Numbered from the stretch's first letter, positions 17,572-27,298 are shown. The stretch is DNA of 64,000 nt from Candidatus Eiseniibacteriota bacterium (GCA_041946735.1 JBHGAY010000001.1:32001-96000); one strand, 5' to 3'. Program-made: numbers and translations. Notes: generated from the sequence alone by a model not told the origin.

Positions 17572-18371
17572 CCGGTTCGGCTGACCGGCAGCTGCGTGCC
17601 GTCGCGAAGCACCGCGACGCGGCTGTCCTTGGTGAACGGCTCGATCCGGGCGAGGAAGGAGAGGTTCAGCAGGAACGACCGGTGAATCCGGACGAAGCGG
17701 CGCGGGTCGAGCGAGGCTTCCAGATCGTTCAGCGTCTGTTGCTTCAGGTGGCTTTCTTCGGCCGTCACGATCCGGACGAAGTCGTCCTGCGCCTCTGCGA
17801 AGAGGATCGCATCGGCCGGGACGACCGACACGCGCGAGCCATCCCGGATGAGCACGCGCTCGAGCGGCCGCGCCGACCTGCGGATCTCGCGCGCCGCCTG
17901 CGTCTCGGGAAGCGGCGGGATCGATTCCCCCGCCGCCGGCACGGCGTCCTTCGCCTCGCCACCGCCGCCGGGGCCACGGCTCGCGCGCATCTCGCGCAGC
18001 ATCGCGGCCCTCTGCCGTCCCCTCTCCACCGCCTCGCGCAGCCGGTCGAGGCCCACCGGCTTCAGCAGGTAATCGACCGCGTGCACTTCGAAGGCGCGGA
18101 TCGAGAAGCTGTCATGCGCCGTCACGAATACGGCCGGCACCTCGCGGTCGAGCAGCTCGATCACCTCGAAGCCGTCGAGCTTCGGCATCTGGATGTCGAG
18201 GAGAATCAGATCCGGATCCTTTTCGCCCACCGCCTTCACCGCCTCGAAGCCGTTCGCGCACTCCCCGACCACGACGACTCCGTCGATCTCCGCCAGATAT
18301 TCGCGGAGCAGCGAGCGGGCCGGCTCCTCGTCGTCGACGATCAGAACGCGCAGGGGGTCGGGCGGGATCAT
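17544..18371 (-). CDS. LytTR-family response regulator
   Basis: IVDDEEPAR, LDIQMP, FVTAHD, AVDYLLKP; LytTR domain FVRIHRSFLLNL...LPVSR; start overlaps the kinase stop. Confidence 0.93.
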   Translation of the reverse strand: MIPPDPLRVLIVDDEEPARSLLREYLAEIDGVVVVGECANGFEAVKAVGEKDPDLILLDIQMPKLDGFEVIELLDREVPAVFVTAHDSFSIRAFEVHAVDYLLKPVGLDRLREAVERGRQRAAMLREMRASRGPGGGGEAKDAVPAAGESIPPLPETQAAREIRRSARPLERVLIRDGSRVSVVPADAILFAEAQDDFVRIVTAEESHLKQQTLNDLEASLDPRRFVRIHRSFLLNLSFLARIEPFTKDSRVAVLRDGTQLPVSRTGYERLRRLL

Positions 18372-19537
18372 GGGGCCTCCGAGCTTTCGGCTGGCGTCGA
18401 GCTCTCCGCCGGCGTATCGCAGATCGCCGGCAGCCGGATCTCGACGCGGAACCGCCCCGGCGAGCGGCGGACCGACACGCGCGCCGCGGCGCCGTAGATC
18501 GCGGCGCACCTCCGGCGGACGTTTGCCAGGCCGAGCCCCTGCCCCGGCCGCGGCGCCGAATCGGGATCGACCGGATTCTCGACCGAGATCGCGAGGTCCG
18601 GCCCCTGGCGCGCCACATCGATCTCGACCGTGCCCCCGTCGATCCGCGAGGCGATCCCGTGTCGCACTGCGTTCTCGACGAGCGGCTGCAGGATCATGGG
18701 CGGCACGAGGCACTCGCGCGTCTCCTCCGGCGCCGCAATGGCGACCCGCAGGCGATCGCCGAAGCGGATCCGTTCGATCTCGAGGTAGTCGCGCGCGAGC
18801 GCCAGCTCGTCCGCGAGCGCGATCCTCTCCCGGTTGCCGACCGACGCTCCCTCGCGCAGGAAGCCTCCCAGGCGGAGACAGACGGAGCGCGCCGCTTCGG
18901 GATCGGCTCGCACGAGCCCCGCGATCGTGTTCAGCGAGTTGAAGAGGAAGTGCGGGTCGAGCTGCGCCCGCAGGAGCTTCAGCTCCGCGTCTCGCCTCGC
19001 GATCTCGAGATCGAGCGCGCGGCGCGCGGCCGCCCGGCTCCGCTCCGACGCCTGGATCAAGAGATGGAGGCTCGCGGCGAGCAGGTAGACGAGCACGCCG
19101 AAGCCGCCGAGAGCCGGGACGATTCGCGCGAATCCATCGTGGAGCGCGCGCGCCGCCGGCCAGAGGGCGGCCAGCGCCTCCGTCCCGACGCGAAGGATTC
19201 CGAGACCGAGCGCGCTCGCGACGACGGCGCCGGCGAGCTGCACGAAGAACCAGCGCTCCCAGGTGTCGGGACCCGCGGGAAGGCTTCGCGCCGGGTACCG
19301 GGCGACGAGGCAGATTCCTCCTTCGAGAAGCGCGGCGGGGATGGCGAAGGCGAGCGAGGCCGGCCATCCCGCTCCGGTCGAAAGCCGCACAAGCGCCGCG
19401 AGGAGGACGCCCGGCGCGAGCCAGGCGGCGAAGTAGAGGACGCGCAGCGTGCGCCGGCTTCGCGCGGGAGGGGGACGGCCCGCGGCCGGCGCAAGCTCGT
19501 CGCCGGCGTCGCGCGGCTCCGTGGCTCGTCCCGTCAT
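18368..19537 (-). CDS. LytS/YehU-family sensor histidine kinase
   Basis: About 4 TM helices, then ELKLLRAQLDPHFLFNSLNTI, YLEIERIRFGDRL, LQPLVENAVRHG, GLGLANVRRR. Confidence 0.92.
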   Translation of the reverse strand: MTGRATEPRDAGDELAPAAGRPPPARSRRTLRVLYFAAWLAPGVLLAALVRLSTGAGWPASLAFAIPAALLEGGICLVARYPARSLPAGPDTWERWFFVQLAGAVVASALGLGILRVGTEALAALWPAARALHDGFARIVPALGGFGVLVYLLAASLHLLIQASERSRAAARRALDLEIARRDAELKLLRAQLDPHFLFNSLNTIAGLVRADPEAARSVCLRLGGFLREGASVGNRERIALADELALARDYLEIERIRFGDRLRVAIAAPEETRECLVPPMILQPLVENAVRHGIASRIDGGTVEIDVARQGPDLAISVENPVDPDSAPRPGQGLGLANVRRRCAAIYGAAARVSVRRSPGRFRVEIRLPAICDTPAESSTPAESSEAP

Positions 19538-20400
19538 CCGTTGCTGATCTCCACGCCGCCGAGGATGACCTGCCCCGTGATCCAGCAGCGCTTCGCCCCT
19601 TCGTCGGCCGGCTTCAGCGTCTTGTCCTCGATCCCTCCCAGGACGGCGCTCACCCGCACGATCACCCTCCATTCGCGAGGCACCTTGATCTCGATCCCTC
19701 CGAAGGCGGCGAAGACCTCGAGCGACGCCTCCTCTCCGGCGATCGTGCTCTCCCGCAGGTCGATCTCCGCGCCGCCGAACACGGCGCTTACGCGCCCTCC
19801 CCGGAACTCGCGGGAACCGAAGCGGCGCTCGTCGCCGCCGAGGAAGCTGAAGGAATCGATCGTCGACTCGGGATCCTCCGCGCCCGGCCCGCCCGGTGAG
19901 CCCGGTGAGCCCGCCGAAGCCCCAGCCGAGCTTGCCCCCGCGCTGGGGATCCCACCTTCGCTGGCGGCGCGGAAGTGCACTCCGCCGCCGCGCGTAGCGA
20001 AGCCGCCGCCGTGGGGATCCAGGCGGTGCCGGCGCCGCCAGCCCCGGCGCCCCCTCCCCGTCATCGCCTGCCACACGATGCTCAGTCCGACAAGGATCAG
20101 GACGACCGGCCAGAGATCCCAGACCCTCCAGGTGATCGCTCCGAGGTTCTCCAGCAGCAGGAGGACTCCGAAGCCCGCGACCGTGAGACCGAAAAGCCTC
20201 CGGCCGCCGTGCCCCGGATCGATCAGCTTGCCGAGCCCGAAGGCGATCAGCAGCACCGGCCAGTAACGAAAATAGTCTCCCGCTTCGATCACGTGGAGGT
20301 TGTCGAGGGTGAAGATCACGCCGAGCGTGAGGATCGACAAACCGAACAGCAATCGCGCCACCATCGACCTGCCCTCCTCGATAGTCCGTTGCCTGTGCAT
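19534..20400 (-). CDS. LiaF-like membrane protein
   Basis: Four TM helices with WP motifs (YWPVLLI, LWPVVLI); C-terminal FGGAEIDLR...AFGGIEIKVP..W.V...LGGI; start could instead be ATG 20364. Confidence 0.82.
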   Translation of the reverse strand: MHRQRTIEEGRSMVARLLFGLSILTLGVIFTLDNLHVIEAGDYFRYWPVLLIAFGLGKLIDPGHGGRRLFGLTVAGFGVLLLLENLGAITWRVWDLWPVVLILVGLSIVWQAMTGRGRRGWRRRHRLDPHGGGFATRGGGVHFRAASEGGIPSAGASSAGASAGSPGSPGGPGAEDPESTIDSFSFLGGDERRFGSREFRGGRVSAVFGGAEIDLRESTIAGEEASLEVFAAFGGIEIKVPREWRVIVRVSAVLGGIEDKTLKPADEGAKRCWITGQVILGGVEISNG

Positions 20401-20457
20401 CCGCCGCTCCTTTCCGGCCGGGAACCTCCCGGTCGAACCCGATCCTCGGCCGGTTGG

Positions 20458-20508
20458 CTTCGACCGGCCAGGCCGGGTCGGCGAACGGCGGCTGCGCGCC
20501 GGCGAACG
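20458..20508 (-). promoter_or_regulatory. LytTR-type direct-repeat operator (three 9-bp boxes, 12-bp spacers)
   Basis: Minus strand CGTTCGCCG (20500-20508), CGTTCGCCG (20479-20487), CGGTCGAAG (20458-20466); exact 21-bp period upstream of liaF-lytS-lytTR. Confidence 0.7.
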
Positions 20509-20574
20509 ACGGATGCTCCCCTCTCCGTCGCCCGCGCGCGCGCATCCGCGCCCCTTCTCCCCCTTCGGGTCCCC

Positions 20575-21444
20575 TCAGAAAGCGAACCGGACGGTGAGCA
20601 TCGCCGGCGGCGACTCGCTTCCCGGGCGATCGCCGCTCCCGCCGCCTTCGTGATGGACGAGCGGAATCAGGATCCCGGCGGCGGCGCCGAGCGCCGCGCC
20701 GGCCACGACGTCGGACGGGAAGTGCTCCCCTGAGACCACCCGAAGCAGGGCGGTCGACGTTGCGACGGTCAGCGACCCGGCCCAGATCCAGCCGCGGGCG
20801 CGGGAGTCGGGAGCGAGATCGGCGCCGACCGTCCCGAGGAATGTGGCGGCCGCGAACGCGTTCGCGGCGTGGCTGGAAGGCAACGAGCGACGCGCATCCG
20901 CGGAGAGCTTCTCGCCTTCCGGAATGGCGGGGTCGGTCGAGTAGACGAACGGGCGGGGCCGCGCGAAGCAGGCCTTGAGGAGCTGCGCGCTCGCGTTCGT
21001 CCAGAGCATCGTCTCGGCGTACATCGTGATCGGCGTCAGGGGCTCGTCCCGTCCTTCGGGAAGCAAGGGGGAAACGAGCGGCGCGAGCGCCAGGCTCCAC
21101 ACGAGAAGGTTGCTCGCGTCCGAAGCGCGTGGCGACCAGAAACGGGTCGCGAAGCGGTCGAGATCGTGGAGGCCGGCGGCATCGAGCCGCGCGATCCTCG
21201 CGCTGTCCAGCGGAGCGCGCTCGCGATCGATCTCGAGCGCGATCGCCCCGAGCAGCAGTCCGCTCGCCAGGATCGCCGTCTCCCGCGCCGACTGGAGCCG
21301 GTACGGCCCCGCGCGGTCCGACTCCGCGGAGGCGCTGCCGGCGGCCTGCGGCACGCGGCCGGCCGCGAGCGCGAGCACCAGCACAAGCACGAGCACGAGC
21401 AGTTGGGCGAGGACGGCGAACCGGCAGCGGCCGCGGCGGATCAC
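20575..21444 (-). CDS. PAP2-family phosphatase, exported or membrane-associated
   Basis: K....RPRP, SLPSSHA and LRVVSGEHFPSDV motifs; N-terminal hydrophobic signal; GTG overlaps the upstream stop. Confidence 0.85.
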   Translation of the reverse strand: MIRRGRCRFAVLAQLLVLVLVLVLALAAGRVPQAAGSASAESDRAGPYRLQSARETAILASGLLLGAIALEIDRERAPLDSARIARLDAAGLHDLDRFATRFWSPRASDASNLLVWSLALAPLVSPLLPEGRDEPLTPITMYAETMLWTNASAQLLKACFARPRPFVYSTDPAIPEGEKLSADARRSLPSSHAANAFAAATFLGTVGADLAPDSRARGWIWAGSLTVATSTALLRVVSGEHFPSDVVAGAALGAAAGILIPLVHHEGGGSGDRPGSESPPAMLTVRFAF

Positions 21445-22322
21445 TCGCGCACCTCCTCCGGCGTCCTCACCTCGGCGGCAGGATTGCGGAAGACGGACCA
21501 TACCGGGAAGTGGTCGCTCGCGGTCGCCGCGCGCGAAACGCCCGCGTCGTCGAGGACGAGCCCTCGATAGAACAGGTGGTCGAGTTGCGCGACCGTGCCG
21601 GGGAGCGTGAGCCAGCGGCTTCGCGAGGTCCCTCCCCTTCCCGCCAGCGCGTCGCGGAATCCCGCGCCACGAAAGAGCCGAAGCACACGGAGGGTGTCGT
21701 CCCGGCTCGCCGTGTTGAAGTCCCCGCCAATCACGATCGGCCCGCCGAGCGCGGCGAGGCTGTCGAGCACGGTCGCAGCCTGCCGCAGGCGCTCGCGCAG
21801 CGGCAGCGCGGGGGTGGAGGAATGGACGCTCACCGCGCGGATGCGCCCGGCCGCGGTCGTGACCTCGGCCACCACCGCGATCCGGTTCGTCCCCGCTAGC
21901 GCTTCCTGCTGCGGGAGCCGGAGAAAGCGAGGCCGTTCGATCGTCCCGCGCGCGAGGATCGCATTGCCGAAGAGACGGTGATGATGGGGATGGATCGTCG
22001 CCGGGTAGTAGACGAACGAAAGCCCGAGAGCGCGCGCGATCCGCTCGACGCCGGCCGGATCCATCTCCTGCAGCAGCAGGACGTCGGCGCGCGCGAGCCG
22101 CGGGTCGCGCCGCAGGTCCTCGATCGCCTGCTCGATCTTCTCTCCGTAGCGGATGTTGTAGGAGGCGACGAACAGCCTCTCGCGCGTCTCTTCCTGCGCG
22201 GGCGCGAGGGAGCGGAAGTCGCCGCGGACGAGATCGCCCATCCGTGTCTGAAAACGGGAGGAGCAGGCGGCGACGACGAGGAGCAGGACGAGCGCGCCCG
22301 CGAATGCGACTTTGCGAATCAT
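21441..22322 (-). CDS. Endonuclease/exonuclease/phosphatase (EEP) family lipoprotein
   Basis: Lipobox VAAC; VASYNI, DVLLLQE, FGNAILA, SVH, GGDFN, LDHLFY, SDHFPV. Confidence 0.88.
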   Translation of the reverse strand: MIRKVAFAGALVLLLVVAACSSRFQTRMGDLVRGDFRSLAPAQEETRERLFVASYNIRYGEKIEQAIEDLRRDPRLARADVLLLQEMDPAGVERIARALGLSFVYYPATIHPHHHRLFGNAILARGTIERPRFLRLPQQEALAGTNRIAVVAEVTTAAGRIRAVSVHSSTPALPLRERLRQAATVLDSLAALGGPIVIGGDFNTASRDDTLRVLRLFRGAGFRDALAGRGGTSRSRWLTLPGTVAQLDHLFYRGLVLDDAGVSRAATASDHFPVWSVFRNPAAEVRTPEEVRE

Positions 22323-22329
22323 CGCCGGG

Positions 22330-22358
22330 ATTCGACCAGAGCGGGGCCGGACTGTCAA
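22330..22358 (-). promoter_or_regulatory. sigma70 promoter for the EEP gene (leaderless-type)
   Basis: TTGACA-N17-TCGAAT-N7-ATG; the -35 hexamer contains the murJ stop codon. Confidence 0.55.
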
Positions 22359-23986
22359 CGTCCCGCTCCCCGTCGCCCCACGCCGGGAGCGAACGCGCGA
22401 CTCAGTCCGCGCGCCTGCTCGACCCCGAGGAGCCGCGCGAGCGCCAGGTAGCACGCGGCATGCAGGAGCAGCGCCGCCCCGGCCGGGACGATCCACGGCA
22501 GCGCGAGATGGGCCGCCAACGCGCGCCGCAGGACGAACGCGGTGCCGGCGCTCGCGATCGCCGCCCCCCACAGGCGGGCCGCAAGAGGTCCGGGCAATCC
22601 GGTCGAGCCGACCCGCCGCCCGAGCGCCGCCCGCAATAGCGCGAACTCGAGCCACCCGGCCACGCCCGCCGAAAGGGTCAGGCCGGCGACCGCGAAGCCT
22701 TGGGGTACGCCCGCCGCACGGGCGAGGGGGAACGACAGAAGCCACCCGAGCCCCCCGGTCAGGACCACGCGCGCGGCCGCGAACCGGAGCGGGGTGCGCG
22801 TGTCCCCGAGCGCCCAGAACGCGGAGGCGTAGAGGCGGCCGAGCGTCGTGGCGAGCAGTCCGACGGTCGAGCCGGCCAGGACCGCCCAGACGCGAATCGA
22901 GTCTTCGCGGCCGAACCGTCCCGTCTGGAAGACGATCGCGGCGATCGCGTCGCCGAGCAGCAGGAACGCCGCCGCCGACGGGATCACGAAGAAGGCGATG
23001 CGCGCGCTCGCGCCGTTCAAGCGGGCGCGCAACGTGCGGGAACGCTCCTCGCCGGAGCCCAGGGCGCCGGACATCTCCGGCAGCTCCGCGCTCGATACGG
23101 CCATTCCGAACAGGCTGACCGGAAGGAGGTAGAGCGTCTGCGCGTAGGCGAGCGTCGCCACCGCGCCGGTGGGGAGGAACGAGGCGAGGATCTGGTCGAC
23201 GTAGCTCGAGATCTGGTTCACCCCTCGCGTGCCGGCGCTCGGGACGAAGTTGTGGATGACAGTGCGGACGGTCGGGCGCGCGGCGTCGAGCGAGGGGCGA
23301 AGCCTCCCCGCCAGCCGGAAGACCGACGGAAGCTGAACACCGAGCTGCAGGGCGCTGCCCGCGACCGATCCCCACGCGACGATCTCCGCGAGCCGGTATC
23401 CCGAGGCGCGCGGACCGAAGCCCGCCATCGCGCCGATCATCGCCGCGTTCCACAGAACGGGAGCCGCGTAGGGCAGGAAGAACCGGCGGTGGCTGTTCAG
23501 GATGCCGAGGCACCACGCGGACTGGACGAGGATGCCGATCCCGGGGAAGAGGATTCGCACCATCCGGATCGTCTCCGCCCGCTTCTCGCCCTCGAAGCCC
23601 GGCGCGATCAGGTCGATCAAGAGAGGCGTCGCGAGCACTCCGATCAGGACGAGGATCGCGATCGACAGGGCGAGTATGGAGCCGACCGCGCGGGCGACGC
23701 GGTTCGCCTCCTCGGTCTCCCCCTCCGCGAGCAGGCGCGCATAGACCGGGATGAAGGAGGCGGAGAGCGCCCCTTCGCCGAAGAGGTTCTGCAGGAGGTT
23801 CGGAATCTTCAGCGCCGCCTTGAAGGCGTCGGCCGCCTCGGAGCTGCCGAAGTAGTGAGCGAAGATCCTCTCACGGACGAGGCCGACCAAGCGGCTCAAC
23901 AGGATTCCGGCGCCCACCAGGATCGCGTTGCGCGAGGAGCGAGGAGGCTTGCCCCTCGAGGCACCATCGCGCGCGGACGACGCCAT
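22355..23986 (-). CDS. murJ: Lipid II flippase MurJ (MviN)
   Basis: LSRLVGLVRE, ADAF..A..IPNLLQNLFGEGALSASFIPVY, LYLLPVSLFG, FWALGDTRTP. Confidence 0.95.
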   Translation of the reverse strand: MASSARDGASRGKPPRSSRNAILVGAGILLSRLVGLVRERIFAHYFGSSEAADAFKAALKIPNLLQNLFGEGALSASFIPVYARLLAEGETEEANRVARAVGSILALSIAILVLIGVLATPLLIDLIAPGFEGEKRAETIRMVRILFPGIGILVQSAWCLGILNSHRRFFLPYAAPVLWNAAMIGAMAGFGPRASGYRLAEIVAWGSVAGSALQLGVQLPSVFRLAGRLRPSLDAARPTVRTVIHNFVPSAGTRGVNQISSYVDQILASFLPTGAVATLAYAQTLYLLPVSLFGMAVSSAELPEMSGALGSGEERSRTLRARLNGASARIAFFVIPSAAAFLLLGDAIAAIVFQTGRFGREDSIRVWAVLAGSTVGLLATTLGRLYASAFWALGDTRTPLRFAAARVVLTGGLGWLLSFPLARAAGVPQGFAVAGLTLSAGVAGWLEFALLRAALGRRVGSTGLPGPLAARLWGAAIASAGTAFVLRRALAAHLALPWIVPAGAALLLHAACYLALARLLGVEQARGLSRAFAPGVGRRGAGR

Positions 23987-24007
23987 CGACTTCCTCCGCT
24001 CGTGCGC

Positions 24008-24072
24008 TGCGGCCGCTGCGGCCGCTCCGGCCGCACTGGCCGCTCCGGCCGCTCTGGCCGCTCCGGCCGCTC
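24008..24072. repeat. 9-bp tandem repeat (GGCCGCTCC consensus), about 7 copies
   Basis: gcggccgctgcggccgctccggccgcactggccgctccggccgctctggccgctccggccgctc just upstream of the murJ start. Confidence 0.85.
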
Positions 24073-24251
24073 ACCGCCGCGCATGCCGCGCGTCGCAGGC
24101 GAGCCGCCGGCCCCGCCCCGGCCCTCTGGGGCCCTTCACGCCAAGCGCCACGGCCGTACGGTCGGCACGCTACCGGCTCCCTCCCGACCCGCGCAAGAAA
24201 GGGATCGCGCCGGGCGCGCGCGCGGCGCCGCTTCCCGCTATGCTTCGGCCC

Positions 24252-25853
24252 ATGCGCATCCCGCTCTTCCGGCGCCCCGTGGCGGCGCGCGTCGCGTTTG
24301 CCGTCGCGGCGGCCCTCTGGTTCGCAGCGTCCGGCGCGCCGCCGGCCTCGTTCGCGCAGAGGCCGCAGGCGCAGGCGCAGCCGGCCTCGTCTGCGCAGGC
24401 GCCGCAGCCGCAGGCGCAGGAGCAAGCGCGCGCACCGCGCGCGGCGGCCGCCGCTGCCCAGGAGTTCGCCCGCGTGCCGTGCGCCGACTCGAGCCTCACC
24501 TACGCCCTGTTCCTCCCCTCCACCTACACGCCCGACCGGCGCTGGCCGATCCTCTATTGCTTCGACCCGGCGCGCGACGGCCTCCGTCCCCTGCGCCTCT
24601 TCGAGCGCGCGGCGGAGCGGCTCGGCTTCCTGATCGCAAGCACGAACGATTTCGACAGCTCCGATTCCTCGCCCGAGCGCATCGGCGCGATCCTCGCCGG
24701 CGTCTGGAACGACACACAGTCCCGCCTCTCGATCGATCCCGACCGCGTCTACGCGGCCGGTTTCTCCGGCGGAGGACGGATCTGCTGGTCGTTCGACCGG
24801 GTGACGCCGGGCATCGACTTCGCGGGGATCCTCGAGACCGGCGCCGGCCTCCCGGCCGACGAGCAGACCGACGATCTCGCCCCCGGCTTCTGCTTCATCG
24901 GCGTCGAGGGACGGAGCGACTTCAACTACTACGAAATGCGGGCGCTCGAGCAGGCTCTGTCGAGGAGCGCCGTGTGCCATCGCATGCTCTACTTCGATGG
25001 CGGGCATCAGTGGCCGCCGGAGGAGGACTGCGCCTGGGCGCTCACCTGGCTCGCGCTCCGCTCGAAGCGCGCCGGAAGGCCTCCGATCGCGCGCGACGAT
25101 TCCTGGATCGACGATCTCCTCACGACGGAGCGGGAGCGAGCGCGCCGGCTGCTCGCCACGGACCGCCCGCTCGAAGCCCTCGCGTCGCTGCGACAAACCT
25201 GCGACGACTTCGACGGACTGCGGGACGTCTCCGATCTCCGGGCGCAGCGGGATTCCCTCGCCGGCGATCGGCAAGTCGAACGTCGCGCGGATCGCGAACG
25301 CGGGCTCGCGCGCACGGCGAGCCGCCGCATCCGCGAGGCGATCGACGTGCTCGAGGAGGTGCGCCGCTCGCCGGAGGGGCGCCCGGTCCCGGGGGCGGAG
25401 GACCTGTGCCGGCGCCTGGAGTGCGACTCCCTGCTCGCGCAGGCTGCCTCGAGCGACCCCGAAGAGCGCCTTGCCGCCGAGAGGGTCATCCAGTCGATCT
25501 ACGTGCGGGCGGCGAATGTCTTCCCGGTCCGGCTCCTCAAGGAAGGCAGGGTCGATCACGCGATTCCGATGCTGCTGGCCGCGACCTTCCTGCGGCCGGA
25601 GCGCCCCGTCGGGTGGTACAACCTCGGCGCCGCTCTCGCGCGCCAAGGGGACCGAGAGGCGGCGATGCGCGCGCTGCGGCGCGCCGTCGACCTCGGCTTT
25701 CGCGACTGGGAGCGGATGCAAAGCGATCCCGACCTGGAATCCCTACGGGGAAGCGAAGCGTTCGAGGAGCTGCTGCGCAATCGAAGCGAGGCGGCGCCGG
25801 CGCCGGCGCCGGAGGAGAGCGGCTCACCCGAGGAGGAGCGACTCTCGCCGTGA
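24252..25853 (+). CDS. Exported alpha/beta-hydrolase with C-terminal TPR
   Basis: Signal peptide; YALFLPS.Y.PDRRWPILYCFDP; nucleophile elbow AGFSGG; FDGGHQWPP; WYNLGAALA...A..ALRRAVDLGF...DPDL TPR. Alternative start ATG 24240. Confidence 0.75.
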   Translation: MRIPLFRRPVAARVAFAVAAALWFAASGAPPASFAQRPQAQAQPASSAQAPQPQAQEQARAPRAAAAAAQEFARVPCADSSLTYALFLPSTYTPDRRWPILYCFDPARDGLRPLRLFERAAERLGFLIASTNDFDSSDSSPERIGAILAGVWNDTQSRLSIDPDRVYAAGFSGGGRICWSFDRVTPGIDFAGILETGAGLPADEQTDDLAPGFCFIGVEGRSDFNYYEMRALEQALSRSAVCHRMLYFDGGHQWPPEEDCAWALTWLALRSKRAGRPPIARDDSWIDDLLTTERERARRLLATDRPLEALASLRQTCDDFDGLRDVSDLRAQRDSLAGDRQVERRADRERGLARTASRRIREAIDVLEEVRRSPEGRPVPGAEDLCRRLECDSLLAQAASSDPEERLAAERVIQSIYVRAANVFPVRLLKEGRVDHAIPMLLAATFLRPERPVGWYNLGAALARQGDREAAMRALRRAVDLGFRDWERMQSDPDLESLRGSEAFEELLRNRSEAAPAPAPEESGSPEEERLSP

Positions 25854-25896
25854 GCGCTTCGCTCGGCGCTCGGCTCCTCCCTGCCCTTCCCGCCGG

Positions 25897-26544
25897 TCAG
25901 CCGATCGCGGAGCCGTAGTCGCTCGAGCCGTCCCCCCTTCGATCCGCATCGTTCGCGCCCGGCCGGCCCGCGCCCGCGTCGCCCGCTTCCGTCCCGTTCC
26001 CGTCCGCCGCGCCCGCGTCCGCCGCGCTCGCAGCCCGCTTCCTGCGGAAGAACCGGCGCAACCTCGCTGCGGACTCCTCTTCCTCGATTCCCCCGACGAC
26101 GCGAAGACGATGGTTCCACCCCGGAATCGCAGGGATGTCGACGACGGAGCCGCAGGCGCCGAACTTCGGCTCGCGGGGACCGAACCAGACGGTGCCGATG
26201 CGTGCGAGGAGCATCGCGCCGGTGCACATGACGCAAGGCTCGAGGGTGACGTAGACTTCCGCCCCCTCGAGCCTCCAGCTCTCGACCGTCGCGGCCGCGG
26301 CCGTCAGCGCGATCATCTCCGCGTGCGCGGTCGGGTCCTGAAGCGCGGCCGTCCGGTTGTGTCCCCTCCCAATCACGCGACCGCCGAGGACGACGACGCA
26401 TCCGATCGGAACCTCGTCCTCCTCCTCCGCCCGCTCTGCCTCGCGCAGCGCCTGCCGCATCCAGTGCTCCGGCTCCGACGCGAACCGCAGCATCCCTTCC
26501 TCGGGATTGCGTGGCGGCCGTTGCTCGGGCGGGATCGCGTTCAC
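25897..26544 (-). CDS. tadA: tRNA-specific adenosine-34 deaminase
   Basis: WMRQAL, EVPIGCVVV, DPTAHAEM, WRL, YVTLEPCVMC.GA, PKFGACGS, NH, FFR; start may be GTG 26544 or ATG 26493. Confidence 0.93.
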   Translation of the reverse strand: MNAIPPEQRPPRNPEEGMLRFASEPEHWMRQALREAERAEEEDEVPIGCVVVLGGRVIGRGHNRTAALQDPTAHAEMIALTAAAATVESWRLEGAEVYVTLEPCVMCTGAMLLARIGTVWFGPREPKFGACGSVVDIPAIPGWNHRLRVVGGIEEEESAARLRRFFRRKRAASAADAGAADGNGTEAGDAGAGRPGANDADRRGDGSSDYGSAIG

Positions 26545-26554
26545 GATCCGCGGA

Positions 26555-27298
26555 TCAAGGAAGTGGCGCGCCGGCCGGCTTGTCGGGCAGGCCGGCGACG
26601 AGGTTCTTCACGACACTCTCGGCGACGTCCTCGGCCGGCGGCGGAGCAGGCGCGATCTTGTCGCCGCGCTCGGTCCGCTCGGCCGTTCCGCCCGACTCGG
26701 AGTAGATCCCGGTCCCCGATTTCTCGTGGCGATAATGGACCGACTCGCGCCGCTCCATCTTCTCCCCCTTCCAAGCGAGGATTCCGGTATTCGACTCGTA
26801 GATCTGGACGTCGATCCCGACTTCGGTGAAGGAGCTCCCCTCGCTCGTCCAGTCGACCTGCTCCTCGCGCCAGGTGCCGAGGCTCCCGGCGACCACGCCG
26901 TCGATGCCGAGCTTGTCCCCGAGCGACTTCAGGATCGAGCGGTCGATGCTCCCCTTGTCCTTCCACAGCTGGACGATCCGCGCCAGCTCACCCGAGACGC
27001 CTTGCTGCATCGCGCGCGACCGCAGCGTCGACTCGTCGACGATCAGGAACTTCTGCTGCTGCCCGGTCAGATAGGAGCGAAGCAGCCCATCGGTCGTCTG
27101 GATCGCGACCGCGTCGGGGACGAGGCTGTGGAGACCGAGATAGGCGAGGCTCTCGAGATGGAGGTTCGGATACTCGGGCGCGAGCAGGACCGCGTCGGGT
27201 CCGGTGAGAGCGGTCGAGGAGCCGGTCGTCGCCTTGCACCCGGGGAGCAGGGCGAGCAGGAACGCGAGTGCAGCCGCGTGCCGCGCGAGGCGCTTCAT
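26555..27298 (-). CDS. Lipoprotein, possible LpoB/CsgG-like alpha/beta fold
   Basis: AGGAGG RBS; lipobox LPGC; LGDKLGIDGVVAGSL...V.IDVQIYESNTGILAW pattern. Fold assignment is tentative. Confidence 0.65.
   Translation of the reverse strand: MKRLARHAAALAFLLALLPGCKATTGSSTALTGPDAVLLAPEYPNLHLESLAYLGLHSLVPDAVAIQTTDGLLRSYLTGQQQKFLIVDESTLRSRAMQQGVSGELARIVQLWKDKGSIDRSILKSLGDKLGIDGVVAGSLGTWREEQVDWTSEGSSFTEVGIDVQIYESNTGILAWKGEKMERRESVHYRHEKSGTGIYSESGGTAERTERGDKIAPAPPPAEDVAESVVKNLVAGLPDKPAGAPLP

Noticed and set aside
24008..24072. Tandem repeats as a CRISPR array
   Set aside because: 9-bp head-to-tail units with no spacers and no cas genes; simple microsatellite.
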